Source: Bdellovibrionales bacterium (lineage in GTDB: Bacteria; Bdellovibrionota; UBA1018; CAIMNF01). From it: DNA of 14,340 nucleotides. The translations under genes and the position numbers were made by a program. The first letter of the stretch is position 1. Every line of letters begins with the position of its first letter. Under the pieces are notes generated by a model. It searched no databases. It saw only the letters and a list, made by a program, of their open reading frames with translations, and was not told the origin of the DNA. Location of the stretch: positions 1-14,340 of the forward strand of contig JBEIJY010000040.1 in NCBI GenBank assembly GCA_040380025.1. The letters run 5' to 3'. Below, in pieces: positions 1-8,280 of this stretch.

Positions 1-1683
1 GACCTTGGTTTTTTCTTCGGCAGGGACTTTCTCGGCGCGTTCTTTCAGGGTTTTCTCGATCGAGTAGATTAGCCCGTCCAGGGTGTTCCGTGCGTTGACG
101 ACCTGCTTGCGCTTCTCGTCTTCGCTCTTGTGCTCTTCTGCCTCGCGCTGCATGCGCTTGATCTCTTCTTCGCTAAGACCGCTCGAAGCCGTGATCTTGA
201 TCGACTGCTCTTTGCCGGTTCCGAGGTCTTTTGCGCCGACGTGAACGATCCCGTTCGCGTCGATGTCAAAAGTCACCTCGATTTGCGGCATTCCGCGCGG
301 AGCCGCGGGAATTCCCACGAGGTCAAAGCGTCCGAGCGACTTGTTGTGCTCGGCGAACTCGCGCTCACCCTGCAAGCAGTGGATGGTCACGGCGGTCTGG
401 CTGTCGGCCGCGGTCGAGAACACCTGGGACTTCTTGGTCGGGATGGTGGTGTTTTTTTCGATGAGCTTCGTGAACACTCCGCCCATGGTCTCGATTCCGA
501 GAGAGAGGGGAGTGACATCGAGAAGAAGCACGTCCTTCACTTCGCCCTTCAGGACTCCGCCTTGGATGGCGGCGCCCACAGCGACGACTTCATCGGGGTT
601 CACGCCCTTGTGGGGTTCTTTGCCGAAGATCTCTTTTACTTTTGCCTGAACGCGCGGCATGCGGGTCATCCCGCCGACCAGGATCACCTCGTCGATTTTG
701 TCCTTCGTGAGGCCGGCATCTTTCAGTGCGGTCTCGCAAGGACCTGCAAGCGCCTGAATGAGCGGGTCAACGAGTTGCTCAAGCTTCGAGCGCGAGAGCT
801 TCAGGTTCAGGTGTTTCGGGCCCGAGGCATCGGCAGTGATGAACGGCAGATTGATGTCGGTTTCGACCATCGACGAGAGCTCATGCTTCGCTTTCTCGGC
901 CGCTTCCTTCAGGCGCTGGAGCGCCATTTTGTCCTGAAGCAGGTTGATGCCGGATTCTTTTTTGAACTCGTCTGCGATCCAGTCGATGATCTTCTGGTCG
1001 AAGTTCCCGCCGCCCAAAAAGGTGTCGCCGTTCGTTGCTTTGACTTCGAATACGCCGTCGCCGAGTTCCAACACCGACACGTCAAAGGTACCGCCGCCCA
1101 GGTCAAATACGGCGATGGTCATGTTCTTGCCTTGCTTGTCGAGGCCGTAGGCCAGGGCTGCGGCAGTCGGCTCGTTGATGATCCGCTTGACTTCGAGGCC
1201 CGCGATGCGGCCCGCGTCTTTGGTGGCCTGGCGCTGGGCATCGTTGAAGTAGGCCGGTACGGTCACAACGGCTTCGGTCACCGGTTCGCCCAAGTAGTCC
1301 TCGGCGGTTTTCTTCATTTTTTGGAGCACCATCGCGGAGATTTCCTGCGGAGCGTACTCGCGGTCGCCGACTTTCACCCAAGCGTCGCCGTTCTTGGCTT
1401 CTTGCACCTTGAAGGGCGTGACTTTCACGAATTCAGTGACTTCTTTTGAGTTGAACTTGCGGCCGATCAGGCGCTTCACTTCAAAAAGGGTTTTATCGGG
1501 GTTCGTGACGGCCTGGCGCTTTGCAGACTGACCCACGACTTTCTCGCCGTTCGGGAGGAATCCCACGATCGAGGGGGTGGTATTCGCGCCCTCGGCGTTT
1601 GCGATCACTTTCGGTTCGCCGCCTTCCAGCACAGAGACGCACGAGTTCGTGGTTCCCAAGTCAATTCCAATGATTTTTCCCAT
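1..1683 (-). CDS. dnaK: Molecular chaperone DnaK (Hsp70); 3' end lies outside the window
   Basis: Not in the ORF track because it runs off the edge; translated by hand from the ATG at 1683 (SD AGGAG upstream). Sequence reads [32 protein letters not shown]..., and contains [45 protein letters not shown] and [17 protein letters not shown], all Hsp70 signatures. Confidence 0.99.
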   Translation of the reverse strand, partial: MGKIIGIDLGTTNSCVSVLEGGEPKVIANAEGANTTPSIVGFLPNGEKVVGQSAKRQAVTNPDKTLFEVKRLIGRKFNSKEVTEFVKVTPFKVQEAKNGDAWVKVGDREYAPQEISAMVLQKMKKTAEDYLGEPVTEAVVTVPAYFNDAQRQATKDAGRIAGLEVKRIINEPTAAALAYGLDKQGKNMTIAVFDLGGGTFDVSVLELGDGVFEVKATNGDTFLGGGNFDQKIIDWIADEFKKESGINLLQDKMALQRLKEAAEKAKHELSSMVETDINLPFITADASGPKHLNLKLSRSKLEQLVDPLIQALAGPCETALKDAGLTKDKIDEVILVGGMTRMPRVQAKVKEIFGKEPHKGVNPDEVVAVGAAIQGGVLKGEVKDVLLLDVTPLSLGIETMGGVFTKLIEKNTTIPTKKSQVFSTAADSQTAVTIHCLQGEREFAEHNKSLGRFDLVGIPAAPRGMPQIEVTFDIDANGIVHVGAKDLGTGKEQSIKITASSGLSEEEIKRMQREAEEHKSEDEKRKQVVNARNTLDGLIYSIEKTLKERAEKVPAEEKTKV

Positions 1684-1761
1684 AATTTCTCCTTACTAAT
1701 ATGAACTGAGTCGTAAATGAATCTTTTCCCATAATCGTTAATGGGAAGGGTTCAGGGTTTG

Positions 1762-2295
1762 TCAAACAATCGAATTCGTTTTAGGGCCTGCCGAGAGCAA
1801 AACCCGCGCGGGGCGCAGAAGGCGTCCGTGCAGGGTGTAGCCCCGTTGTTGCTCCTGGACGATCGTGCCGGCCGGGAGGTCGTTCGGGAGCTGGCCCACG
1901 GCCTCATGAAGGTCGGGGTTGAAGGCCTGGCCCGAAGTCGGAATCGCAGCAACGCCCTGTTTTTCGAGGGTGGCTTTGAATTGCTGCGAGACCATTTTGA
2001 TGCCATCGACCAGGGCCGGGTCGGCATCGGGTTTCGCGAACAGGAGCGCGCGCTCGAAGTTGTCGAGGATCTCGAGCAAATCGAGAGCCGTGTTCTTCCA
2101 GCCGAATTTCGCGGCTTCTTGTTGCTCGCGGATTGCGCGCTTTTTGAAGTTCTCGAATTCGGCGTAGAGATAAATGTGCTTTTGCTCGGCGTCCTTCAGG
2201 CGCTTTTCGAGCTCGGCCACGGGGGTGGCCTGGGCTTCGGGCACTACGGATTCCGGAGCGGTTTGCTCGGGTGCGGGATTGGGTTGATCTTGCAT
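1762..2295 (-). CDS. grpE: Nucleotide exchange factor GrpE (177 aa)
   Basis: Motifs YLYAEFENFKKR, LLEILDNFERAL, FNPDLHEA and GYTLHGRLLRPARV; lies directly upstream of dnaK. Start taken at MQDQPN (ATG 2295) because the longer ORF start runs through a repeat element. Confidence 0.97.
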   Translation of the reverse strand: MQDQPNPAPEQTAPESVVPEAQATPVAELEKRLKDAEQKHIYLYAEFENFKKRAIREQQEAAKFGWKNTALDLLEILDNFERALLFAKPDADPALVDGIKMVSQQFKATLEKQGVAAIPTSGQAFNPDLHEAVGQLPNDLPAGTIVQEQQRGYTLHGRLLRPARVLLSAGPKTNSIV

Positions 2296-2305
2296 GATCC
2301 GCTCA

Positions 2306-2335
2306 ATATGGTGCGGGTTTGCGAGTTGGCAAGGG
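2306..2335 (-). promoter_or_regulatory. Putative sigma32/RpoH-type heat-shock promoter of grpE-dnaK
   Basis: Minus strand CCCTTG(CC)-N14-CACCATAT matches the CTTGAA-N13/14-CCCCATNT consensus and spacing, directly upstream of grpE. Confidence 0.55.
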
Positions 2336-2340
2336 GGCGA

Positions 2341-2570
2341 GTTGGAATTTTTTGCAATCGCACGCTTTGGCTGTTCTTTTCTAGGCGGGAAATGGGGAAA
2401 GACCCTTGGAATAATTCCGTTTTTACCTCCGAGCCGCGTCGTGCGGCCTCGCTTTCGCGTTCGCCTACGCGTCCTGCTCCGGCGTGCGATGCACCACACG
2501 CCTCGGCTCATGCCTCGGCGTCACGCGCTCGCGAGAGACAGCCAAAGCGTACCGGTTGAAAAATTCCAGC
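2341..2570. repeat. Palindromic repeat element, copy 1 (arms 2341-2374 and 2538-2570; shared core 2426-2537)
   Basis: GTTGGAATTTTTTGCAATCGCACGCTTTGGCTGT is an imperfect reverse complement of ACAGCCAAAGCGTACCGGTTGAAAAATTCCAGC. The core CCTCCGAGCCGCGTCGTGCGGCCTCGCT...CTCGCGAGAG aligns with 12671-12780 over its length and with the ends of 6999-7052. Confidence 0.9.
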
Positions 2571-2581
2571 GAGCCTCTCGC

Positions 2582-5500
2582 TCACTTCAACAGCCGCGAG
2601 CAGGTGTCGCGATCGAGCTCCTGAAGCCGCGTCTTCACCGCCTCGGGCGAGTGCTCCCCGGCGAACGCCGACCGCGCCTCGGGGCTCATCGCCTCGACCT
2701 CGGCCTTGACCTCGAGGAATCGCTTGCCCGAGATCTCGCCATGCTGAAGAAGCTCATGCGCGACCTTGTATTCGAGCGTCCAGTTCTCGACGATGAAGTC
2801 GCGCGCCCGTTCGCGTGCAATCGAAAGTTCCCGGCTGGCGAAGTCCTGAAACAGCTTCTGCTGGGACTCATTAAAGACCGCATTCCCCTGATCATCGAGC
2901 TTCGCACCCATGAGCTCGGGCACGAGGCCCCACTGGGTCGCGGCACGGGTCAAGAGTCTGCGCTCTTCCAAAAGATCTCCCGCCTGGCCCGAGTTCATCT
3001 CGCGGCCCACCAAAAGCTCGGCCTCCGAGCCCGCGACCAGAGTCGCAAGCCGCGCGCGCAGGTCGCTCAGGGTGAAATTCGTCTTGAAGTTCGGGATGTC
3101 CTCGTAGCGCGCATATCCCAGGTAATGATCCGCGGGTACGATTGTCAGGTGCGCAAGCTTGCGCCCCGAGGTAGCCGGGTTGTTCAAAATGGCATGCCCC
3201 GCCTCATGAAAAGCCGTGGCGTAGGCATCAACGAGGCGAATCTGCTTGATGAATTTTGCCGATCGCGTGAAGTCCGACTCGACCCGCGTGATCTCGGCAC
3301 CATCCTGATGCACCGAAACGATGAGCTTTGCGAGCGTTTCATCGGGGGTGACCTCATAAAACGGCTGGGTCGGGATTTTGGTTTCGAGCGAGAGCTTCAC
3401 GAGTGCTCGGTTGCTCATGGTCGCTTTCGTGAAGTCCACCTCGAACACTCCTTGCGAGGCGGCCGAGCCGAGTGTGGTGTTCACAAAATTGATCACCGAG
3501 CGCGCGCCCTCGGTCGAAGAGTAGGTGAGGCGGCTCACCGTCTCGATGAAGTTCCCATCGTACAGAATCCGCACGGGTTGCTTTGCCTCGACCCGCGCAA
3601 TCCACTCGTTGACGAGTTTTTTCACGATCGCGGCTTTCGTGGTCGAAACCGGTGGTTCGGTCAGGACCACCGCACCCAGGCGCCCGACAAATGCGGGACT
3701 GAGCCCGCTTTCGCGAAGAAGCGCGCGCGCTCTTTCTTCAGAGCTGTAGCGGCTCCAGATCGCGCGGAGCATGTCGTCCTGAGTGTTCCCGGCAAAAACC
3801 TTCTCGGCCTCGTTGCCGGTGAAGATGAACACATAGTCCTTGAGAGGATAGGATTTTTTGGTGACCGGGCTGACCCAAACGCCATCATCCAAAATGGAGT
3901 AAAGGTATTTTCCGATTTCCTCTTTGGCGTTCTTGTCATTCCCGCCCGCGTTCCCCATCTCGTCAAACAGAATGACGCCTTTCGGGTAGCGCTGAAGAAA
4001 ACGCTCGAACTGCCCGGGCTGGTCGGATCCCACATAGCCCACCGAGGACTGAAAAATGTTCGAGAGGTCTTTCACGCTGCTGACCTGACCCATCTCGAGC
4101 TTGCAGAGGTATTCGGCCGACCCGAAGCGCACCATCGCAAGGGCCCGCGCCATCTCGGTCTTGCCGTTTCCGGTCATTCCGAGGGCGTAGATCGAAACAG
4201 GCTTCGGCGATCCGGCGTCGACCGCATTTTTGCGGATGCTCTCGGCGAGTTTTTTGGCATAAAAGCTCTGCCCGTACACGCGCGCGTTCAGCTCGGCTTC
4301 GAGGGTCTTCAGGATTTGCCGCTCGGAGGGGTCAAAGAGCGCGTTCTCGTAAGCGAGCTTCGGACCGAGCAGGGTCATCGACTGCGAGCGTTCGTTCACG
4401 GCCTGAAACTGCACAAAGCTCGTTCCCGCCATCGGGGGGAGGGTCTTGATCGCGATTTTTTTGGCCGGTCCGAATTCCTTGATGTGCGCATCGTACACGC
4501 GCGCAATGTGGTTCCGGATGTTCCGCTCAAGCTCGCGAACGCCGTAAACGGGATCATAGCTCTCGTTCACGATCGTATTCACGAAGGTCTCATCGACCGT
4601 CACCTCGCCCAGCCCCTGGTCGCGGTAGGTCTCAATCTCGTCGCGCACCTTGATGCGGGCGATGTCGAGCGCGGTTTCTTTCAGAATCGGCGCAACGAGG
4701 ATCATCTCGTCCATACGCGAGAGGATCTCGGGCTTCAGCACCTCGTCAGCGCGGGCGAAGGATTCCTGCTGGATGAAGGCCTCTTTGATGTCGTTTGCCG
4801 AAACCGTAAGAAGCCGCTTTTGGATTTCTTGCAAGGTCGCGGTCTTCACGAACTCGGGCGGGAAGAACTTTGTGGCACCCTTGTTCGAGGTGAAGAGCCA
4901 GAGCACGCGGCCGGTCGTGCGCATTCTGCCGTCGCCCGGAATGAAGGAGCCGGTGTCGATGATCTCCATCAGGCGCTCGACTTGCTGGGGGTGCATTTTA
5001 TCGAGCTCATCGACCAGAATGATGCTCGAGCCCTGCCCGGGGCCATCGAAGTGATTCGCAAGAAGGCCCTTGTTTTTGTCGCTTCCCAAGTAGCCCGATT
5101 TCGGCCCGAAAAGATAAAACCCGTTGTCGTCGCTCTTCAGTTGGTTTCCGTCGATTTTGAGCATGCGCGTGTGCGTGCCGTAAAAATAATGCACCAGCCG
5201 CGAGGGGATCAGGGATTTTCCGGTTCCGGTGGTGCCGACGATCACGGCGGCGCGGGTCTTTTTGCCTTTTGCCGTCATGGTGGCGGCAAAGAGGTTCACG
5301 ATGCGATCAATCGTCGCGTCCTGGCCCTTCACGTCCGACTTGATCTTGGCGCGGAGCTCGTCCATTTTGGCGATGAATCCTGCGCGGTCATGGGGCACGA
5401 CCGGAAGCCGCGCTTTTTTTGCGGCGAGTTCGTAAAACACCGCAAGCGTGAGTTCGGGGGCGCGACCGTTTGCAAGGCGGTTTGCGTAAATCGCGGCATC

Positions 5501-6814
5501 TTGCAAAAGCCTGATCGGAGCATCGGGACGCTTCAGATCGGGCATGAGATCCCCCGCGAGATCAATCGCGGCTGTGATGACCTCGTCTGATACCTTGAGC
5601 CGGTACGTGCGTTCGATGTCGGCCAGCGCCGTTTGCTTGATGAGCCCGAAGGTGGCGGCCTCGTCGAGCTCCTGGATTTGAATTGGCGTGATGCGGGTCG
5701 CGAATTGTTCTTCGGCAAGAAGCGAGAACGCGGCTTGTTTGGAGCCCGAGACCAGAATCATCGGGAAGATTCCCTCGTCGATCAGGGTCTTCAGCGTATC
5801 AAGCTGCGAGGGCAGAAGCTGGTGCGCGTTCTCGATGACGAGAATGGGGTTCGTCTCGGTCGCGCGGCCCACCTCGCGAAGGGACCGCACATACCAGTCC
5901 AAAAGACGCGCAAGGCCGCCGGATGACATATCGCGACCGATGCTTGCGATTTTTTGCGGGTTCGTGACGATCACAATCGAGTTCTTCAGCTGTTCGGAGT
6001 GGACTCCGGCCGGAAGATCGCCCTGAAGGAGGCGTGCTGCGATTCCCTCGACCACGGACGACTTGCCAACGCCAGTCTCGCCCAAAATCACGGGCGCTTT
6101 GCCCTTCAAGCGCAAGAGCACATCGATTGCGGTGTTGATCTCGGTGTCGCGTGCGACGATCGGAGTGAATTTGCCTTCGCGCTGGCGCTTTTGAATGTCC
6201 TCGGTCAGGACCACGAGCGCTCCTTGCTTCAGCTGCTCGGCTTTGTCGCTCTTCCAGGCGCCCAAAAAGCGCTGAAGGCGGATCTCTGAAATCCCCGCTT
6301 CTCGCACGACAGAAGGAGCCGCATTCGGAGTCGTGACGAGGTCTTTCAGTTCGGGGCGGGGAGTCGGGGGTACGGGGCGGGATTTGGCGGCCGCATAGCC
6401 CCGTTTTGCCGCGTCGATCATGCTCTCGATCTCGGGGTGATCGGGGTAGGAGGTTCGAAGCTCCGAGATCAGCCACTGAAAGAACACGATTTCATCGGAT
6501 ACCGAGATGCTTCCGAGCACATCCGTCCAGGCGATGATCGTCCGCGAGTCGAGCACCACGGCCTGGCTTTCGTGCAGGAGCTGTTTTCGGGCGAGGTCGT
6601 ACACCTCACGAAAATTCCGCCCCTTCAACGAGCGAATCTGCGCGAGCACATGGTCGGGATCGTTCGCGTACGAGGTGTGGCTTAAAAACTCGATCGTGGA
6701 GTTCAGTTGATCCGGATTCAGCTGGGCCAGGGCCCGTGAGCCCGAACCGGTTGAAAGGACGCTGATGGCTAAAAAAACGAAAGCGGCAAAACGAAGTTTG
6801 CGGACCGTGTTCAT
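2582..6814 (-). CDS. Signal-peptide-bearing triple AAA+ (ClpA/B-type D1-D2-D2') ATPase fused to a C-terminal FtsH-like M41 metallopeptidase (1410 aa)
   Basis: Strong SD GGAGGGGG before ATG 6814; N-terminus MNTVRKLRFAAFVFLAISVLSTGSGSRALA|Q. Walker A motifs GETGVGKS, GTTGTGKS and GMTGNGKT; Clp D2 motifs VKGQD/VYGQS, GYLG/GYVG, PEILSRMD/PAFVGRL, GVREL/GARSV. C-terminal ATAFHEAGHAIL...TIVP...LGYA...AGSEAE...SGQAGDL...WGL matches the FtsH protease domain pattern. Confidence 0.9.
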   Translation of the reverse strand: MNTVRKLRFAAFVFLAISVLSTGSGSRALAQLNPDQLNSTIEFLSHTSYANDPDHVLAQIRSLKGRNFREVYDLARKQLLHESQAVVLDSRTIIAWTDVLGSISVSDEIVFFQWLISELRTSYPDHPEIESMIDAAKRGYAAAKSRPVPPTPRPELKDLVTTPNAAPSVVREAGISEIRLQRFLGAWKSDKAEQLKQGALVVLTEDIQKRQREGKFTPIVARDTEINTAIDVLLRLKGKAPVILGETGVGKSSVVEGIAARLLQGDLPAGVHSEQLKNSIVIVTNPQKIASIGRDMSSGGLARLLDWYVRSLREVGRATETNPILVIENAHQLLPSQLDTLKTLIDEGIFPMILVSGSKQAAFSLLAEEQFATRITPIQIQELDEAATFGLIKQTALADIERTYRLKVSDEVITAAIDLAGDLMPDLKRPDAPIRLLQDAAIYANRLANGRAPELTLAVFYELAAKKARLPVVPHDRAGFIAKMDELRAKIKSDVKGQDATIDRIVNLFAATMTAKGKKTRAAVIVGTTGTGKSLIPSRLVHYFYGTHTRMLKIDGNQLKSDDNGFYLFGPKSGYLGSDKNKGLLANHFDGPGQGSSIILVDELDKMHPQQVERLMEIIDTGSFIPGDGRMRTTGRVLWLFTSNKGATKFFPPEFVKTATLQEIQKRLLTVSANDIKEAFIQQESFARADEVLKPEILSRMDEMILVAPILKETALDIARIKVRDEIETYRDQGLGEVTVDETFVNTIVNESYDPVYGVRELERNIRNHIARVYDAHIKEFGPAKKIAIKTLPPMAGTSFVQFQAVNERSQSMTLLGPKLAYENALFDPSERQILKTLEAELNARVYGQSFYAKKLAESIRKNAVDAGSPKPVSIYALGMTGNGKTEMARALAMVRFGSAEYLCKLEMGQVSSVKDLSNIFQSSVGYVGSDQPGQFERFLQRYPKGVILFDEMGNAGGNDKNAKEEIGKYLYSILDDGVWVSPVTKKSYPLKDYVFIFTGNEAEKVFAGNTQDDMLRAIWSRYSSEERARALLRESGLSPAFVGRLGAVVLTEPPVSTTKAAIVKKLVNEWIARVEAKQPVRILYDGNFIETVSRLTYSSTEGARSVINFVNTTLGSAASQGVFEVDFTKATMSNRALVKLSLETKIPTQPFYEVTPDETLAKLIVSVHQDGAEITRVESDFTRSAKFIKQIRLVDAYATAFHEAGHAILNNPATSGRKLAHLTIVPADHYLGYARYEDIPNFKTNFTLSDLRARLATLVAGSEAELLVGREMNSGQAGDLLEERRLLTRAATQWGLVPELMGAKLDDQGNAVFNESQQKLFQDFASRELSIARERARDFIVENWTLEYKVAHELLQHGEISGKRFLEVKAEVEAMSPEARSAFAGEHSPEAVKTRLQELDRDTCSRLLK

Positions 6815-6942
6815 GGAGTTCCCCCTCCGGTCAGCGACATTAGTAGCGCTCGGGGGAAAATTCAAAAGGTTTGGTTCACGGCGGTGTGAATTTTTTCTGA
6901 TAAACAAATTGAATTGAAAAACCCCCAAGTCGTTCTCTCTGT

Positions 6943-7128
6943 CTGTGCTTGATTTGGTTTCTGGATGCGGGAGTGGGCGGAAAATCATTCGGGTTTCGCC
7001 TCCGAGCCGCGTCCTGCGGCCTCGCTTGCGGCTGTCCTGCCTCGCGAGAGTCGGCGAAACAGGAATGATTCTCCACCCCCTCCCTCATCCAGTCTCATGA
7101 ATCAAGCGCAGTCAATCAGGCCAGTTTG
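6943..7128. repeat. Palindromic repeat element, copy 2 (arms 6943-7000 and 7053-7111; short core 6999-7052)
   Basis: CTGGATGCGGGAGTGGGCGGAAAATCATTCGGGTTTCGCC pairs imperfectly with GGCGAAACAGGAATGATTCTCCACCCCCTCCCTCATCCAG. The core begins CCTCCGAGCCGCGTCCTGCGGCCTCGCT and ends CTCGCGAGAGTCGG. The right end GCGCAGTCAATCAGGCCAGTTTG nearly matches the right end of copy 3. Confidence 0.9.
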
Positions 7129-7137
7129 GATTTGCCT

Positions 7138-8274
7138 CTACGAGAGCTCCCGCACGAGCGAATCGCTCATCGCGAATCCCCGCGCCGTCGCCCGAAGATG
7201 CCCCGGGCTTGTGGGGTGGGGCTCAAGGAGTCCGTGCGCAAGAAGCGTCTCGGACTTCTTCTTTTGCGCGTCGGTTTTCAGCCAGGAATCGGGGAAGCCT
7301 TCTGACAGGCGGATCGCCAGCATCCAGCGTTCGAGCTCGATTTGCGAATCGCTCAAGGTCTCGGTCCATTCGACGGGAAGGGTTTTTTCTTCGAGGAGCG
7401 CGCGCGCATACCGATGGAGCGACGAGAAGTTCTTGAACCGCGCACGGGACTCGCTCGAGTACGAGTGCGCCGACGGCCCGAACGACAAATAGGAGCCACC
7501 GGTCCAGTACACGAGGTTGTGTCGGGCACGGCCTCCGGGGCGCGCGAAGTTCGAGATCTCGTAGTGTTCAAACCCGCGTGCCTGTAAAAACGAGTCAATG
7601 AGGAGCAGGTGCTCGAGCTGTTCTTCTTCGCGCGGGAGCTCGCGGTACATGGCGTGGTGGGGCGGAAGAGTCAGAAGGTACACCGAGAGGTGCTGAATCG
7701 GAAACTCCGCGAGACGAATCAGGTGGGATTCGAGATCGGCAAGGCTCTGCCCGGGCACGCCACAGAGGAGATCGGTGGAAACATTCGAAAACCCCGAGCG
7801 AAACACCGTCTCGAGCGCCGTAAGCGCCCCTTGCTCGGAATGAACGCGTCCCAAACGAAGGAGAGTTTCGTCTTTTAAGCTCTGCACACCCATGCTGACG
7901 CGATTGATTCCAAAAGAGCGATAGGCCTTGAAGTTCTCGTACGAGATCGAAGAGGGGTTCGCTTCCATCGTCCATTCGATCGACGAAGAGAGCGGGGCAT
8001 GGGTAAGAAGAGTCTGAATGATCCGCTCCATCGAGGCGGGAGGGGTCATGCTCGGGGTCCCGCCTCCAAAAAAGATCGTCTCGATCGGGAGCGAGAGCAA
8101 GCCATCGCGCCCGCGAAGGTCAATTTCTTGTCGGAGCGCCTGCTCGAAAAGGTCCGGGTCGGAGGGTTTGGTCTTCTCGCGGCCGATCGAATAAAAGTCG
8201 CAGTAATGGCACTTGGCCTCGCAAAACGGAAAATGAAAATACAGCGATCGGGCGGGAGCGAGAGGGGAAAGCAT
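7138..8274 (-). CDS. hemW: Radical SAM heme chaperone HemW (HemN-like)
   Basis: SLYFHFPFCEAKCHYCDF (CxxxCxxC), FFGGGTPS, TMEANP, RVSMGVQS, YEISNFA and HNLVYW; HNxxYW is typical of HemW. The location upstream of grpE-dnaK is a common context. Confidence 0.9.
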   Translation of the reverse strand: MLSPLAPARSLYFHFPFCEAKCHYCDFYSIGREKTKPSDPDLFEQALRQEIDLRGRDGLLSLPIETIFFGGGTPSMTPPASMERIIQTLLTHAPLSSSIEWTMEANPSSISYENFKAYRSFGINRVSMGVQSLKDETLLRLGRVHSEQGALTALETVFRSGFSNVSTDLLCGVPGQSLADLESHLIRLAEFPIQHLSVYLLTLPPHHAMYRELPREEEQLEHLLLIDSFLQARGFEHYEISNFARPGGRARHNLVYWTGGSYLSFGPSAHSYSSESRARFKNFSSLHRYARALLEEKTLPVEWTETLSDSQIELERWMLAIRLSEGFPDSWLKTDAQKKKSETLLAHGLLEPHPTSPGHLRATARGFAMSDSLVRELS

Positions 8275-8280
8275 GGCGGG

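Noticed and set aside
130..1449. 439-aa + strand ORF
   Set aside because: Codon-aligned antisense shadow of dnaK, a well-known artefact in GC-rich genomes.
2296..2511. N-terminal extensions of grpE (to 2511) and of the AAA+ gene (6815-6988) in the ORF track
   Set aside because: They run through repeat elements and promoter sequence; the downstream ATGs give a typical GrpE length and a strong SD plus signal peptide respectively.
2294..5590. 1098-aa + strand ORF
   Set aside because: Antisense to the AAA+-M41 gene with no recognisable motifs, and it starts through a repeat element. Explained by avoidance of TTA/CTA/TCA codons on the coding strand.
2582..6814. Calling the large ATPase clpB, clpV/tssH or ftsH
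   Set aside because: It lacks the Clp N-domain repeats, the ClpB middle domain, T6SS context and the FtsH two-TM/classic AAA layout, so no gene symbol is justified.
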